Below are positions 63,134 to 64,000 of a DNA stretch of 64,000 nt, piece after piece. How positions within the stretch are numbered: the first letter of the stretch is position 1; each line of letters opens with the position of its first letter. Origin of the DNA: Penicillus capitatus. Taxonomy: Eukaryota; Plantae; Chlorophyta. Below the pieces are notes generated by a model that was not told where the DNA came from, did no database searches, and saw nothing but the letters and a program-made list of their open reading frames with translations. The stretch is taken from assembly GCA_965649825.1 (NCBI GenBank), contig OZ287696.1, forward strand, positions 663,101 to 727,100, in the 5' to 3' direction. Made by a program: the position numbers and the translations under genes.

Positions 63134-63172
63134 CTCCTTATCATATGTCTCCGTCGCATTCAGCGGACATTC

Positions 63173-64000
63173 ATGGAACTCAGCGAGGCCGATGCCGTCG
63201 ACGGTCTTCAGATCTGTTTCGAGAAAAGCCAAGAGCTTGGAGACGCGCCAACTTCGACCTTTGTCTGTATCGGCGATGTCATTGAGGAAGGCGATGTGTC
63301 TGAGTTGCTCAAGGGACACGGCACACAGTCTCTCAGCAACAAACTCGTCGCCACCGTCTGCGGCAGACTGGAACGCATTAACAAACTCGTTTCTGTGCGT
63401 CCCTTGAAGACGCGTTACCATGCAGAAGTGGGAGATGTCGTCATCGGTCGGATTGCGGGAATCGCCGGCGGTCAGTGGAAAGTCGATATCAATGCTCGAC
63501 AGGATGCCATGATGGGACTGTCGTCTGTCGTTGTTCCCGGTCATGTCCAAAGACGCAAAACAGCAGAGGATGAATCTAACATGCGACAGCTCTTTAGTGA
63601 GACAGATCTGATCAGCGCTGAGATCCAGACGGTACGCCACGACGGCGGAATTCAGTTGCATACCAGAAGTGAAAAGTATGGGAAACTGGGAAAGGGCCAA
63701 GTGGTGAACGTCTCTGCCAGTCTGGTCCTGCGTCAGCGACAACATTTTCATACGCTGGACGATATTGGTGTGACAGTGATCTTTGGATGTAATGGAATGG
63801 TGTGGGTTCGGCCAACGGAAGAAGAGGAAGTCCCATCAGCGAAGGAAGCGATGCAGAATGTCTCGCGGCTCTGTGCTGCAGTGAAAGCAGTGGAGAGGCT
63901 TTGTCTGCCTATCTACCTGTCTTCTGTCATTGCAGTCTATCATCTGTCCTTGGAAGCCGACGTTGATGTGCCGGACATGGAAGAACATCCGTTTTTGAGT
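63173..64000 (+). CDS. RRP4: Exosome complex component RRP4 (EXOSC2), runs off the window end
   Basis: Read directly (absent from the ORF track because there is no stop in the window): LLKGHGT...LVATVCGRLERINKLVSVRPLKTRYHAEVGDVVIGRI...WKVDINARQDA...QRRKTAEDESNMR...LHTRSEKYGKL...IFGCNGMVWV. Confidence 0.95.
   Translation, partial: MELSEADAVDGLQICFEKSQELGDAPTSTFVCIGDVIEEGDVSELLKGHGTQSLSNKLVATVCGRLERINKLVSVRPLKTRYHAEVGDVVIGRIAGIAGGQWKVDINARQDAMMGLSSVVVPGHVQRRKTAEDESNMRQLFSETDLISAEIQTVRHDGGIQLHTRSEKYGKLGKGQVVNVSASLVLRQRQHFHTLDDIGVTVIFGCNGMVWVRPTEEEEVPSAKEAMQNVSRLCAAVKAVERLCLPIYLSSVIAVYHLSLEADVDVPDMEEHPFLS

Overview
Gene-dense eukaryotic DNA with many short introns (about 45-60 nt, mostly GT-AG, a few GC-AG). 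It is most likely from a green alga (Chlorophyta); this is inferred from nuclear genes with plastid-transit-like N-termini (CHLI, ASD, DnaJ-type zinc finger). The ORF track splits most genes into exons, so gene models were assembled by eye and their 5' ends are approximate. Housekeeping genes: PIG-P, DnaJ-like Zn finger, CHLI, LPCAT-type MBOAT, PLAT-PP2C, P4-ATPase, kinesin-4, METTL16, ASD and RRP4. Interleaved with them is a set of defence-like genes. There are two paralogous ~1,600-aa NLR-like genes (helical N-domain + NACHT + 10-11 tandem 37-aa HEAT repeats with hypervariable positions and signs of recent repeat shuffling), three paralogous ~26-ankyrin + U-box E3 ligases, and a slicer-competent Argonaute. 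The intergenic region at 8-10 kb holds an intact 778-bp TRIM with identical LTRs and a 5-bp TSD, plus a candidate tRNA-derived SINE with a 14-bp TSD. The best candidate for an undescribed system is the NACHT-HEAT receptor family with a diversifying repeat array, possibly of bacterial origin, co-clustered with ANK-U-box ligases and AGO.
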